Positions 19,850 through 28,760 are shown, counted from the first letter of the stretch. The stretch: DNA of 43,114 nucleotides from Pseudolabrys sp. (GCA_029945495.1 JAQSCR010000221.1:1-43114), one strand, 5' to 3'. Made by a program: numbers and translations. The notes: a model not told the origin generated them from the letters alone.

Positions 19850-20045
19850 GCTTTCAGACTATCCACCACTGCAGTGTCGATGTCGCCCGCGGGCTCGTGC
19901 TTCTCTTCGGAATCGGCACCAAGGCCCTTCCATTATGGGATTCGAAGACGAGGCAGAACAACCTATTGGGCGGCCTTACCGTCAGAGTGACGGTGGGTCC
20001 AAGCGACCAAACGAACTCACCTCATCCATCGTCCCGCGAGGGACA
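19850..20045 (-). ncRNA. Predicted bridge RNA / seekRNA of the IS1111-type element (ends approximate)
   Basis: Two stem/internal-loop modules; loop segments match target (20002-20011, 19963-19969) and donor junction (19900-19906, 19879-19882). Confidence 0.75.
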
Positions 20046-20105
20046 TCATTCCACCGCTCGGTGGAGCTCAAGTTTTCTCCTATCGCATTTGATCCTGCAC
20101 GGCTC

Positions 20106-21140
20106 TCATGCCGCTGCTGCTTCTTCCCGGGTCCAGCGGAACTCGGTGCCGTCAACCCATATGCGGTGCATGATTACGGCCAGCCGACGCGCCAGTGCCA
20201 CGATCGCCTTCTTCACTCCGCGACGCCTGGCGATCTGCATCGCCCAGGCCTTGAGCCAGGACCACTTGTTGGTGCGGGTCAACATGACTTGGGCTGCTCC
20301 GTAGAGCATGGCCCGCATCATCTCGTCTCCGCAGCGTGATATTCTGCCGCTCCAATCACTCTCACCCGATTGATGCTTGGAGCACGTCAGTCCCAACACA
20401 GCCCCGACCGCCTTGGAGTTGTGAAAGCGGGTGGGCACGTCGATGGTGGCACGATAGGTCAGCGCCACCACTGGGCCGACGCCGGGGACCGTCATCAGGC
20501 GCCGGCACACCTCATCGTCCCGCACGATGGCCAGCAGGCGGCGGTGCAGGATGCCAATCTGCTCGCGAAGCACTCGCCGGACAACCAGCATCGGTTCGAC
20601 CAGAACGGCCAAGTCGGGCAAGTTCTCGACAAGCTCTTTGATGCGTGCCTCGAACTTTACCGTCCCGACCATTCCAACCTTGAGGCCGAAGTTACGCAAA
20701 GTGCCGCGCAGGTCGTTGTCTATAGCGATGGCCTTGGACAGCAGCAGTTTGCGATGGGTCAGCAACATTCGCAGCTTCTGGCTACGTAAGGTCTTCACAT
20801 GCACCGGGCGATAAAGACCCGCCCGCATCATCTGCGCCATGCCACGGGCATCGTTGCGATCCGTCTTGTTGATCTGGGCCTTCAGTACCGCCCTCATATG
20901 CCGCGTCTCGACACAGATCACCGGCAAGCCGGCTTCGGCCAGAGCGCTGAACAGCCACTGCGATAATGGGCCAGCTTCCAGTCCGATCCGTTTGAAGTGG
21001 TATGTGGGGTTCGCCAGCACCTGCAGCAGAGCTTCAGGTTCGCTTGCCACCTTTACTTCTCGTGCGATCTTGCCTGTGTCATCCACAATGCAGACGCTGG
21101 TCTCCTTGACCGATACGTCCAAACCAGCAAAATGGTCCAT
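20106..21140 (-). CDS. IS110-family transposase/recombinase
   Basis: GLDVS, GLEAG, KTDRNDA (DEDD); LMTVPGVGP; HQSGE catalytic Ser motif; GRISRCGD; AIVALARRLA. Confidence 0.96.
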   Translation of the reverse strand: MDHFAGLDVSVKETSVCIVDDTGKIAREVKVASEPEALLQVLANPTYHFKRIGLEAGPLSQWLFSALAEAGLPVICVETRHMRAVLKAQINKTDRNDARGMAQMMRAGLYRPVHVKTLRSQKLRMLLTHRKLLLSKAIAIDNDLRGTLRNFGLKVGMVGTVKFEARIKELVENLPDLAVLVEPMLVVRRVLREQIGILHRRLLAIVRDDEVCRRLMTVPGVGPVVALTYRATIDVPTRFHNSKAVGAVLGLTCSKHQSGESDWSGRISRCGDEMMRAMLYGAAQVMLTRTNKWSWLKAWAMQIARRRGVKKAIVALARRLAVIMHRIWVDGTEFRWTREEAAAA

Positions 21141-21261
21141 GCTGCGCTTCTCCTTCTGATGCTTGAGGCCGTGTCAACAACGGACCTCGTTTCCACCATC
21201 AGCCTGAAGCGCAGCACCCTAAATCTTCAGCTATCCACAAGCTGCCGGCCGATTACCCCAT

Positions 21262-21330
21262 CTATCGGAGTAAAGCTGACATCGGTCTCCTTGGGCGCGG
21301 AAAAGGTCGCTCGTGGTTGAACCAAAAGCG
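21262..21330. repeat. Right half of the dispersed hairpin repeat interrupted by the IS110 element
   Basis: CTatcggagtaaagctgacatcgg followed by gtggttgaaccaaaagcg, compare gattgacccaaagcg near 7441. Confidence 0.55.
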
Positions 21331-21432
21331 CCGATCCGATGGCTGGCGAAAAGTGGCAGCGGTAATTGATCCTGGTCAATGCTCAGGCGGAAACTTCGCG
21401 GCATTTAAAGAAAGAATACAGAGGAGAATGCC

Positions 21433-21654
21433 ATGCTCCCAGCAAAGCAGTTCAGGGAGGCTCTCGCGACCATCGGGAGCTTCATAGCACCGCGGCGGTC
21501 GTCGCGCTTTAACTGCGGCGATTGTGAACGGAATGCGCAATGCGGTTCGCTGCCTCATGACGATTGCGAATATAGATTCATGCAGCTAGCCCGCGACGGC
21601 GATAGTCTGCCGCCGCGACCGGAATATTTTCATGAGGCGATCTGGCCGCGCTGA
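21433..21654 (+). CDS. Small four-cysteine hypothetical protein
   Basis: GAGGAG ribosome-binding site; 73 aa with CGDCERNAQCGSLPHDDC (Cx2Cx5Cx7C). Confidence 0.65.
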   Translation: MLPAKQFREALATIGSFIAPRRSSRFNCGDCERNAQCGSLPHDDCEYRFMQLARDGDSLPPRPEYFHEAIWPR

Positions 21655-21732
21655 GGGCATTTGCTAGGCCATGGCATGATTTTTTTCCCGGCGGTTACGG
21701 CCTCGGTGAAGGATTTGCCAATGTTCGCTTAT

Positions 21733-21959
21733 GGCCGATATTGTTGCAAAAGTCCCAAACGGCGAGGTGACAAATTTTCCGCCGAGGGACAAAACAAGCT
21801 GAGATCGCCAATTGATATGGCCTCACACTCGTTACCGAAGTCGGTTATGAGTTTATCGCCATGCGATGAGGTCCCTCATATCTTCACTTGAACGCCGCGT
21901 CTAAAACCCGGAATTCTTGCGAGCAAAGATGAAAAATGACTTTTGCAACAATATCGGCC
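21733..21959. mobile_element. MITE with perfect terminal inverted repeats
   Basis: GGCCGATATTGTTGCAAAAGTC (21733-21754) is the exact reverse complement of 21938-21959; the outer GGCC may be the duplicated target; no transposase inside. Confidence 0.85.
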
Positions 21960-22020
21960 CATAGCTACTATTCGCGGCAACGCAGGAATTCGGTTGCTAT
22001 CGGCGCGAAGCGGACTCGCG
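21956..22020. repeat. Copy of the dispersed hairpin repeat, split at its 5' end by the MITE
   Basis: ggcccatagctactattcgcggcaacgcaggaattcggttgCTatcggcgcgaagcggact aligns with the rebuilt IS110 empty site; joins to aatgttcgcttat (21720-21732). Confidence 0.65.
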
Positions 22021-22054
22021 AAAGTCTACAACATTGAGCGGCTCGGTAGCAAGA

Positions 22055-22292
22055 CGCACTCGGCAGCCTGGACCGTGTGAAGGACGTCGTGAAGGTTTTG
22101 GGAATGGTCAACGCGACTCCCAATTTTGCCCAGCATCCCCAGGTGATAAATGGCTGCTCCGATCTTTTCATAGAAATATTTGGAGAACGCGGACGTCACG
22201 CCAGGTCGGGCGTTGGTATGGGCTCATTGCCGAATGGCATTCCGGTTGAAATCGAGGTTATCGTGGCGGTGTTTCCGTCGAATTCGAAATGA
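22055..22292 (+). pseudogene. C-terminal fragment of a RidA/YjgF-family protein
   Basis: ALGSLDRVKDVVKVLGMVNATPNFAQHPQVINGCSDLFIEIFGERGRHARSGVGMGSLPNGIPVEIE; 5' half missing. Confidence 0.8.
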
Positions 22293-22635
22293 ACAGCGGC
22301 TAATAATCCAGTCGGTGCCATTCGAAGAGCAGGCTCTTCTATTCGACACTAGGCGCCGCATGCTCGCTAGGAGGTACATTGCGACACTCCCAGTCAACTA
22401 TCAGTTTTTTTCATTTTGTCAGTTTTTGATCTTGGCCGTCGGGGTGAAAGCAGGCTTGGGGTAAGGCTCTTTTAAGTCTGCTTTTGATGCCCATCTCGCG
22501 TGAAAATAAAATCAACGTCGGCTTTCGGAGGGGCATCGCGCTATAGCGTTCTAGGTCGACTTGTGAAGTTTTATAGAAAAGTTCACGAGTAGGATAGGCT
22601 GCTAGGGACATTACTCCGAACCCGACAGAACTTCA

Positions 22636-22850
22636 TCACGCGCGCAAGCTCGCGAAATCCTTCAAGGCGCTCAATGCGGCTTGCCGCATGAAAGCCTGGT
22701 CCGACGCAACGATAAAGGCCGAAACGCCCAGCGCCTTCAAACCTGAGGCTTCGGACGGCGAGGCCGTCATGATGCAAACCGGCTTGCCGGCGCGGCGGGC
22801 GGCGGCGATCACTTGTTCGGTGGCGTTGCGCACGGGCGCGGCATCCTGGC
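22636..22850 (-). pseudogene. C-terminal fragment of an HpcH/HpaI aldolase-family protein
   Basis: DAAPVRNATEQVIAAARRAGKPVCIM...LKALGVSAFIVASDQAFMRQAA; begins right after the dehalogenase stop with no start codon. Confidence 0.65.
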
Positions 22851-22853
22851 GAA

Positions 22854-25800
22854 TTACATATCAATTTCAACGACCCCACCGGCTTCGGCCGCACGCGATT
22901 GACATAGGATTATTGAAGTTTCCCGTTGGCGCTTTGACAATACGAAGTCGCGGTGGTCGACCGTTCCGGATATCAAATTGCACTTACAGACACCGCAAAT
23001 CCCATCCGAGCATTTTACGTCAATGTGAATGCCGTTTTCACTGAGCGCGTCCGTCGCGCTTTTGTCCGCAGGAACCAGAATTTCCTTGCCCGATCGCGCC
23101 AGCTTCAACGTGAACTCATGGTTCACATAGTCCGGCAGCTCGGGCACCGAGAAATATTCCAGATGGCGAGCCTCCTCGGGGAATCCTTGGCGTGTCGCCG
23201 CTTCAATGACACCATTCATGTAACGATCGGGGCCGCAGGTGTAGACGTGCCAGCCGCCCTGATAATTCTCCATAATCTTGGCCAGATCGGCCCGGCTGCC
23301 GTCTGCGGTAAAATGCAGGCGAACGCGGTCGTGCCACGGTGCGGCGGCGAGGTCCGCCAGATATCCGGCGTCGTCGCGAGATTTGCACGAGTAGTGCAAT
23401 TCGAAATCGGCGCCGATGGCGTGCAGCCTATGGGCGAAGGCGACCATCGGGGTAACGCCGATTCCGCCGCCCATCAAGAATGTTTTCGTCGCCGATTCCT
23501 CGAGCGGAAAATGGTTGATCGGCTTTGAAATAAAGACGCGCCGTCCCTCTGAAAAAATACGGTGCATCAATTTCGAACCGCCGCGCCCGGCATCCTCGCG
23601 CAGCACACCGATCTGATATTTACTGCGGTCCGCCGGGTCGCCGGACATCGAATATTGCCGCATGTATTCTGGCGCGATGACGATGTCGAGATGAGCGCCA
23701 GCAGTCCATTCCGGCAACGGCGCACCGTCGAGCGTCGTGAATTCATACTTGGTGACGTCGGATGTCATCGCTTCGGCCTTTTTGACCATGACGCGAATGA
23801 CCGGCGCATCCCCCGGCACCGTGTAGCGATGCACATGGCTGGCATCGCCGCGGGCCAGTCGAGCCTTGTATTCGTCGGCAGATATCATGGCCTGATAGGC
23901 CTCGATGCCCTTCTCGCGGTCCATTTGGAACGGATAGGGCCAGGGAGGCGGCGCCAGCGGCGCCGGATACACAGCCAAGGTCTGGTCTTCGTATTTCAGA
24001 TTGAGGTTTTTCGACAGCGGTCGCCGATTAACCGGATTTCGGGTCGGTTTGTAGGCGCCGTCGTCCTGCAATTCGATGTCCCACCACCACTTCTTGACAT
24101 CGTTGAGTCCGCCATTGCCGGCCATGTCGTCGAGTTTAGCGAGCAGAGGAGCCGCCTTAGGAATGTTCATTGCAGCCCAGCGGAACGGCGCCTCCGCAAA
24201 CAGGCCCTCAAGATTCCACGGACAGGTCTTCATGCAGCGACCGCACATCGCGCCACCGGGCGTCGTAATGCGGTAGGTTGCACATTTTTGGCTGTCCGAC
24301 TTCCAAATTTCATAGCCGTTGAACATCCGCTTCGGGCCAGCAGTGATCGCGCCCGACGGACATTCCCTCGCGCACTTGTTGCAACTTTCGCAAAAGCTCT
24401 GCAGACCGAAGTCAATCGGCTTATCATGTGCCACCGGCATGTCCGTCGTGACGACGCCAGACTTGAGACGCGGCCCGAGATAGGGATTGAGGATGACCTC
24501 TCCGATCCGCGAGACTTCGCCCAGACCAGCGAGCAACAGCAACGGCGGCTGCAACACTTCGCCATCCATTACGGTATGAGCCTTGGCTTTATAGCCGAGA
24601 TTGCGGATCTGTTTGGCAATGACGCCTCCCAGCAGAGAGAATCGCAGATACGCGCGCATTGATTGCGCAACGGCGATCCAGTCGTCGCCGCTGGAGCCCG
24701 CCATTGTTTCAAAGCCCTGGTCGATGATCATGCTGATGGCCTGATCATGCGGCGGCTCGATCGGGTCGCCGGCCGCGTCATGCGAATACCAGGTCCACTT
24801 CGGGCACCGCGAGACGCCGACCGCGTCGACTCCCAAGAAATAGGTTGCGGCTTTGATGTGATTAGCCGCCGCTTCGGGCGTCATGACAGCACGTTCGGGC
24901 TTCGATCCACCATCCTGGATCAGGACGAATGCGCCCAGCACGCGGCGCTGGGCGAATGACGGAGCAGCCTTGCGTGCGTAGTGCCCGCCCTTGGCGCCGG
25001 CCTGATTGGCCTTGCCCATGTCGCCGAACTGCGCGCGGGCAAACATATCGGTACGCTTTGGAACGCGGGCGACGTTCGCCTTGTCGATAAACGTTGTCGG
25101 CTCATCTTTGCGTTTCAATATCTCGAAAGGATGCGCCCCGTCCACGTAGCGCCGGCCAGAATATGGATCCTGATTCATCGCATTCTTGGCGAATCCCATC
25201 CCGACCCACCAGGCTGGGCCTTTGGTCTTGAACCAGGGCTGCTCGGCAAGCGGCGCCAACGGCCTGTCGATAGCCATATCAAATGTGGTGGTGACCACGG
25301 CGACACCGAAGCGGGCGCCGACGTAGGGGTTGACTAACCGGCCGTCCTCGACGGTCGCGAGTCCGGCGGCGACGGTCAGCTTGTTCAAGTCAACATCTGA
25401 CGAAGAGCCCGAGTGCGCTTTGGCGTCGTGTCCGAGCAGCCGAATATAGTTCGCAATGACCACCGCAGTTTCGGTCGCTCTCAAGCAGGCGCGGTGAGCC
25501 TGCGCGTCCTCGATCCAATCGGCGCCGGGCTCGTCGGGATTCGGATCGCGGTAATACTCATAAAGGAAGACGATGGCGTGGGTATGCCCGTCAATCGTAG
25601 ATGGCGGAGCCTCCATTGATTCCTTTAGATCGGCCATGATCATGTCGATGCCTGAGGCCAATGTCTTGGTCTGGCGCGTGCGCAGATAGCGTGCCAATCG
25701 ATCGATATCGGGATTACGGTAGGGCTCGCTCAGGATCGCTCTGTCCGGCAGCCGGCAAACCCCCGCCATCGCGGCATCCGAGAAATAGCCAAATGCCTTC

Positions 25801-26066
25801 AGGTGATCGGCACGTTCCTGCGGATCTTCCGGGCATTCGGCGCGGGCTTTGTTCACCAAGCCGTCGCGGATCGCATCCATCATGGCCTGATGTTCGGCCA
25901 TCGCGTTCACGATACTCTCCGGCTTGTCAGGTCGCCGAAAGTCGAGCTGCCGATATGCCGGAACTTTCGCGAGGTCCGGCATGACGCCGTTGCGCAGAAG
26001 CCTTTCCTGCGGATACCCGCCCATATGAACGGGTCGGTTATTATCGGAGAAAAATCGGATGCCCAT
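22854..26066 (-). CDS. rdhA: Self-sufficient catabolic reductive dehalogenase (BhbA type): cobalamin/2x[4Fe-4S] domain fused to flavin/NAD(P)H reductase and [2Fe-2S] ferredoxin
   Basis: LLLAGLGEVSRIGEVILNPYLGPRLK, FCESCNKCARECP, CATYR...CGRCMKTCPWN; RQYSM, GRGGS, GGIGVTP, YTCGP; CSDGICGVC...LC; duplicated N-terminal Rdh-like domain; no Tat signal; start set at MGIRFFS. Confidence 0.93.
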   Translation of the reverse strand: MGIRFFSDNNRPVHMGGYPQERLLRNGVMPDLAKVPAYRQLDFRRPDKPESIVNAMAEHQAMMDAIRDGLVNKARAECPEDPQERADHLKAFGYFSDAAMAGVCRLPDRAILSEPYRNPDIDRLARYLRTRQTKTLASGIDMIMADLKESMEAPPSTIDGHTHAIVFLYEYYRDPNPDEPGADWIEDAQAHRACLRATETAVVIANYIRLLGHDAKAHSGSSSDVDLNKLTVAAGLATVEDGRLVNPYVGARFGVAVVTTTFDMAIDRPLAPLAEQPWFKTKGPAWWVGMGFAKNAMNQDPYSGRRYVDGAHPFEILKRKDEPTTFIDKANVARVPKRTDMFARAQFGDMGKANQAGAKGGHYARKAAPSFAQRRVLGAFVLIQDGGSKPERAVMTPEAAANHIKAATYFLGVDAVGVSRCPKWTWYSHDAAGDPIEPPHDQAISMIIDQGFETMAGSSGDDWIAVAQSMRAYLRFSLLGGVIAKQIRNLGYKAKAHTVMDGEVLQPPLLLLAGLGEVSRIGEVILNPYLGPRLKSGVVTTDMPVAHDKPIDFGLQSFCESCNKCARECPSGAITAGPKRMFNGYEIWKSDSQKCATYRITTPGGAMCGRCMKTCPWNLEGLFAEAPFRWAAMNIPKAAPLLAKLDDMAGNGGLNDVKKWWWDIELQDDGAYKPTRNPVNRRPLSKNLNLKYEDQTLAVYPAPLAPPPWPYPFQMDREKGIEAYQAMISADEYKARLARGDASHVHRYTVPGDAPVIRVMVKKAEAMTSDVTKYEFTTLDGAPLPEWTAGAHLDIVIAPEYMRQYSMSGDPADRSKYQIGVLREDAGRGGSKLMHRIFSEGRRVFISKPINHFPLEESATKTFLMGGGIGVTPMVAFAHRLHAIGADFELHYSCKSRDDAGYLADLAAAPWHDRVRLHFTADGSRADLAKIMENYQGGWHVYTCGPDRYMNGVIEAATRQGFPEEARHLEYFSVPELPDYVNHEFTLKLARSGKEILVPADKSATDALSENGIHIDVKCSDGICGVCKCNLISGTVDHRDFVLSKRQRETSIILCQSRAAEAGGVVEIDM

Positions 26067-26244
26067 GAGTGCAGCCCACCTATTCAAGAAGCGGCGCCGG
26101 CCTTTTCGGCCCGTTGATCGCGGCCCGCCGAGGGCGCTCCTTGATTTCCTTCCAGCAAGGCACTCCAGCCGAAACTAAGGCGGGTGTCTTTTCATATGTG
26201 ACAACGCACCATGAATTGCTTCCAAGTGCAATATAATTAGACCA

Positions 26245-26265
26245 TTGGTCTGCTACGCGGACCAA
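26245..26265. promoter_or_regulatory. Probable IclR-family operator
   Basis: TTGGTCtGCtacGCgGACCAA near-perfect palindrome between divergent rdhA and IclR genes, next to an AT-rich TATAAT/TATATT stretch. Confidence 0.6.
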
Positions 26266-26309
26266 ACCGTGATACGCTGCTAGTCAACGAAACAGCAGCA
26301 GAGGACATC

Positions 26310-27134
26310 GTGGAACCTGGAACGAAGGCGGCACCGCCCACACGCCAACCGCAAACAATCCACTCGTTCGCGCGAGGGCTTTCTGTCCTCGTAGCGCTCA
26401 ATGAAAATTCGCCGATCACGCTGGCGCATCTGGTGGAGATTACCGGACTGCCGAAAGCAACGACGATGAGAATCGTCCACACCTTGCGTGCGGAAGGTTA
26501 TGTAGAGTTGGTCCAGAACGGCTACCGGCCGCTGCCGCGCGTCCGGCTTTTATCCAGCGCACTCGATCGCGAAAGTGCTCCGACCCAGTTCGTTCAACGG
26601 CTACTCAACGACTTTGCGCAGATCGTTAAATGGCCCGCCGAGTTTCTATTGCGGGACGGCGCATCGATGGCAATCGAGGTTACTAATCGTAACGTCGCTC
26701 CGATCGGGCTAAAGAAATTCGAATACACCCGGTTTCCACTGCTCAATTCGGCGGCTGGAATCGCACTATTAGCGTGGGCGAAACCACACGAGCGCGAACA
26801 AATCATTCGCACCGTGTCAACCCAGTTAAAGCTTGGAAGTACGGAAGAAACCATGCGTTCGGCCCGTACGGAAATGGAGGGCGCGCGCAAGCGTCGTTAC
26901 GCTCAGCATGACTATGAGGCCCCTATCGAAGGCACCCGCGCTATATCCGTTCCGGCTCTTTGGAAGGACACGTCAATTGGTGCCGTATCGTTGATATTCA
27001 TCCGCGACGCGGTAACACCAGAACAGCTCAAGACATTTCTGCTGCCTCAACTTTGGCTAATAGCGACCGAGATCGGACAACATTTTTCAATACTTGGCGG
27101 ATTAGTCAACGAGATAAAGCAACAACACCCGTGA
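26310..27134 (+). CDS. IclR-family regulator (MhpR-like)
   Basis: IHSFARGLSVLVALN...TGLPKATTMRIVHTLRAEGYV HTH; VKWP, FPLLNSAAG, RAISVP. Confidence 0.9.
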   Translation: MEPGTKAAPPTRQPQTIHSFARGLSVLVALNENSPITLAHLVEITGLPKATTMRIVHTLRAEGYVELVQNGYRPLPRVRLLSSALDRESAPTQFVQRLLNDFAQIVKWPAEFLLRDGASMAIEVTNRNVAPIGLKKFEYTRFPLLNSAAGIALLAWAKPHEREQIIRTVSTQLKLGSTEETMRSARTEMEGARKRRYAQHDYEAPIEGTRAISVPALWKDTSIGAVSLIFIRDAVTPEQLKTFLLPQLWLIATEIGQHFSILGGLVNEIKQQHP

Positions 27135-27268
27135 TGCTTCCGGAACTCTGAAGTCTAATGTTGGTGCGCGAGGCACAACTGAGGCGGCCTTCATATAGAA
27201 GCCCCGGCACACCGGGGATCGAAACTCCCGTGGCCGGGGTTCTGAACGCCGCTCAGCCCTCCGATCAA

Positions 27269-27449
27269 ATGTGGAAAGATATATCAAACGCACCTATCGA
27301 CTGTGATCTTGAACTCGCCTTCATCGATAGAGACGGCGCACATGCTCTGACGTTCCCATCGCATGGCAGACGGATGGGTCAACTCCAAAACCAAAGTTCG
27401 GATTGACGAGCATCCTTCACACTGGCGGAAATGGAGACAAACGTCATAG
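27269..27449 (+). pseudogene. Frameshifted small hypothetical protein (MWxxIxxAP...HWRxW type)
   Basis: MWKDISNAPIDCDLELAFIDRDGAHALTFP, then after a shift near 27360 MADGWVNSKTKVRIDEHPSHWRKWRQTS*. Confidence 0.55.
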
Positions 27450-27459
27450 CGCGTAGCTA

Positions 27460-27590
27460 TTGTCGCTTATTGGTCATTTGCGACCGCGCAATTCCGCACC
27501 TAGATTGGCCAATGTCCGTTGCTGGTCCGATAGGGACCTAGATTTTATAGCGCAGCGAATGACGCGACGTGCCAAAAGCGGGCAAACGCT
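27460..27590. repeat. Degenerate copy of the dispersed hairpin repeat
   Basis: tgtcgcttattggtcatttgcgac, aatgtccgttgctggtccgatagggac, tgacgcgacgtgccaaaagcgggca. Confidence 0.45.
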
Positions 27591-27822
27591 CCGAGCTAAA
27601 TTCTCGCGCTTTATCGAAAGCTGCACCGCATTTGTCGCAAGACCTAGGATTGTCGGCGCGTCAAAGTTTCGCCCATATTTTCTGAAAATAAACCCACTAA
27701 AGCAGAATTTGACATTGTAATTATAGCCGCTAGGCCAATGTCATTTGAGTTTTCTGTTGCCACTTTTGAGCTATCGCCGGGGGCGGCGCGTTCCCATCTT
27801 TCGCATCTTTATGGAGACAAGC

Positions 27823-28175
27823 ATGCCCCAAACATTCAAGTGTTTATCCCTGCCATTGTTGACACTTACATTGATGGTCGCGCTGGTGGCTACAGCCGAC
27901 GCTGCCGGCACCACGCTAAAGGTCACGCTCTGGGGCGAAATGACCGGGGCCATGCCGACGGACTTGGGAATGGGCATGACCAAGACAAAAGGGGCCACGC
28001 GCGAGACCAATTCGCACATGGGCATTACAATCTATCAACATACGATTAAGGCCGGCCCGGTTACGTTCGAGGTAAAAAATAATTCTGAGAAAACTATTCA
28101 CGAAATGCTGGTGCTTCCAATCAAGGATACCGCCACTCCGCTGCCCTATACCAAGAACGAGAACCGTCTCGACGA
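27823..28175 (+). pseudogene. Cupredoxin-family periplasmic protein truncated by a mobile element
   Basis: Signal peptide, Met-rich linker, IKAGPVTFEVKN...IHEMLV...LPY...ENRLD; frame runs into the element at 28176; the Cys/His/Met ligand loop is absent. Confidence 0.75.
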
Positions 28176-28326
28176 TGTGAATCGGCACCGCGTTTGACCC
28201 CCGATCGGCGCCGAAGCTTGACCCCTCTATTTCCTCATTAGCGCCATCAGATCATTGTTGAAATTAGCCGTCTGGCGGGGTCACGGTTGGACGCCGAAAG
28301 GGGTCAAACTTCGACGCCTGTTCACA
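28176..28326. mobile_element. 151-bp non-autonomous element with IS21-family-like ends
   Basis: TGTGAA...TTCACA termini; TTGACCCC at 28194 and 28218, inverted GGGGTCA(A) at 28277 and 28300; no target duplication seen. Confidence 0.75.
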
Positions 28327-28690
28327 GTCCGCCTTGTGGTCATATTCACGGGTTCAATCGGGAAGATGCTGGAGGCCACTCCAGTGTTGGATGAAACGTT
28401 CCTCCAGATCGGCGACGAGCCTCACCCAGCCCCATCGCCGCACGCACGCCAGTCCAGAGGCGTACCTTCATAACGGGGCCTTCGTCGGGGGATTTCTTGG
28501 CGCCAAACCTCAGGGCGCCGGGCATCAAATATATACTAGGCCAACGAGACATCAGAATTTACAGATCGCGACAGGGTATCCAACCGCATGTTTATGAGTT
28601 CACGGCAGCTAGTTCGGAGGGTGCTTTTTAGGCCACGCACTACCTCAGACAAGATAGACCATATTCGAGTGTTTTGATGAGTTTCAGCGA

Positions 28691-28760
28691 ATACCAACAA
28701 GACCAACGAAGACCAACGCGTACCAGCGAGACCAGCGGCAGACCAACAGAATACCAAAGA
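28691..28760. repeat. Seven imperfect tandem (G/T)ACCA(A/G)C units with about 10-bp period
   Basis: ACCA starts at 28693, 28702, 28712, 28722, 28731, 28742 and 28753 (the last unit is ACCAAA). Confidence 0.8.

Larger units (their letters stand above)
19821..21263 (-). mobile_element. IS110-family insertion sequence, IS1111 group
   Basis: DEDD transposase; perfect 11-bp sub-terminal inverted repeats TAATCGGCCGG (19827-19837) / CCGGCCGATTA (21245-21255); CT core at 19821-19822 and 21262-21263; long non-coding region 3' of the transposase; no target duplication beyond the core. Confidence 0.92.

Noticed and set aside
22300-22630. AT-rich stretch considered as an IS end or small gene
   Set aside because: No matching inverted partner or convincing ORF found by eye
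28691-28760. Tandem repeat considered as a CRISPR array
   Set aside because: Units are about 10 bp with no spacers, and there are no cas genes
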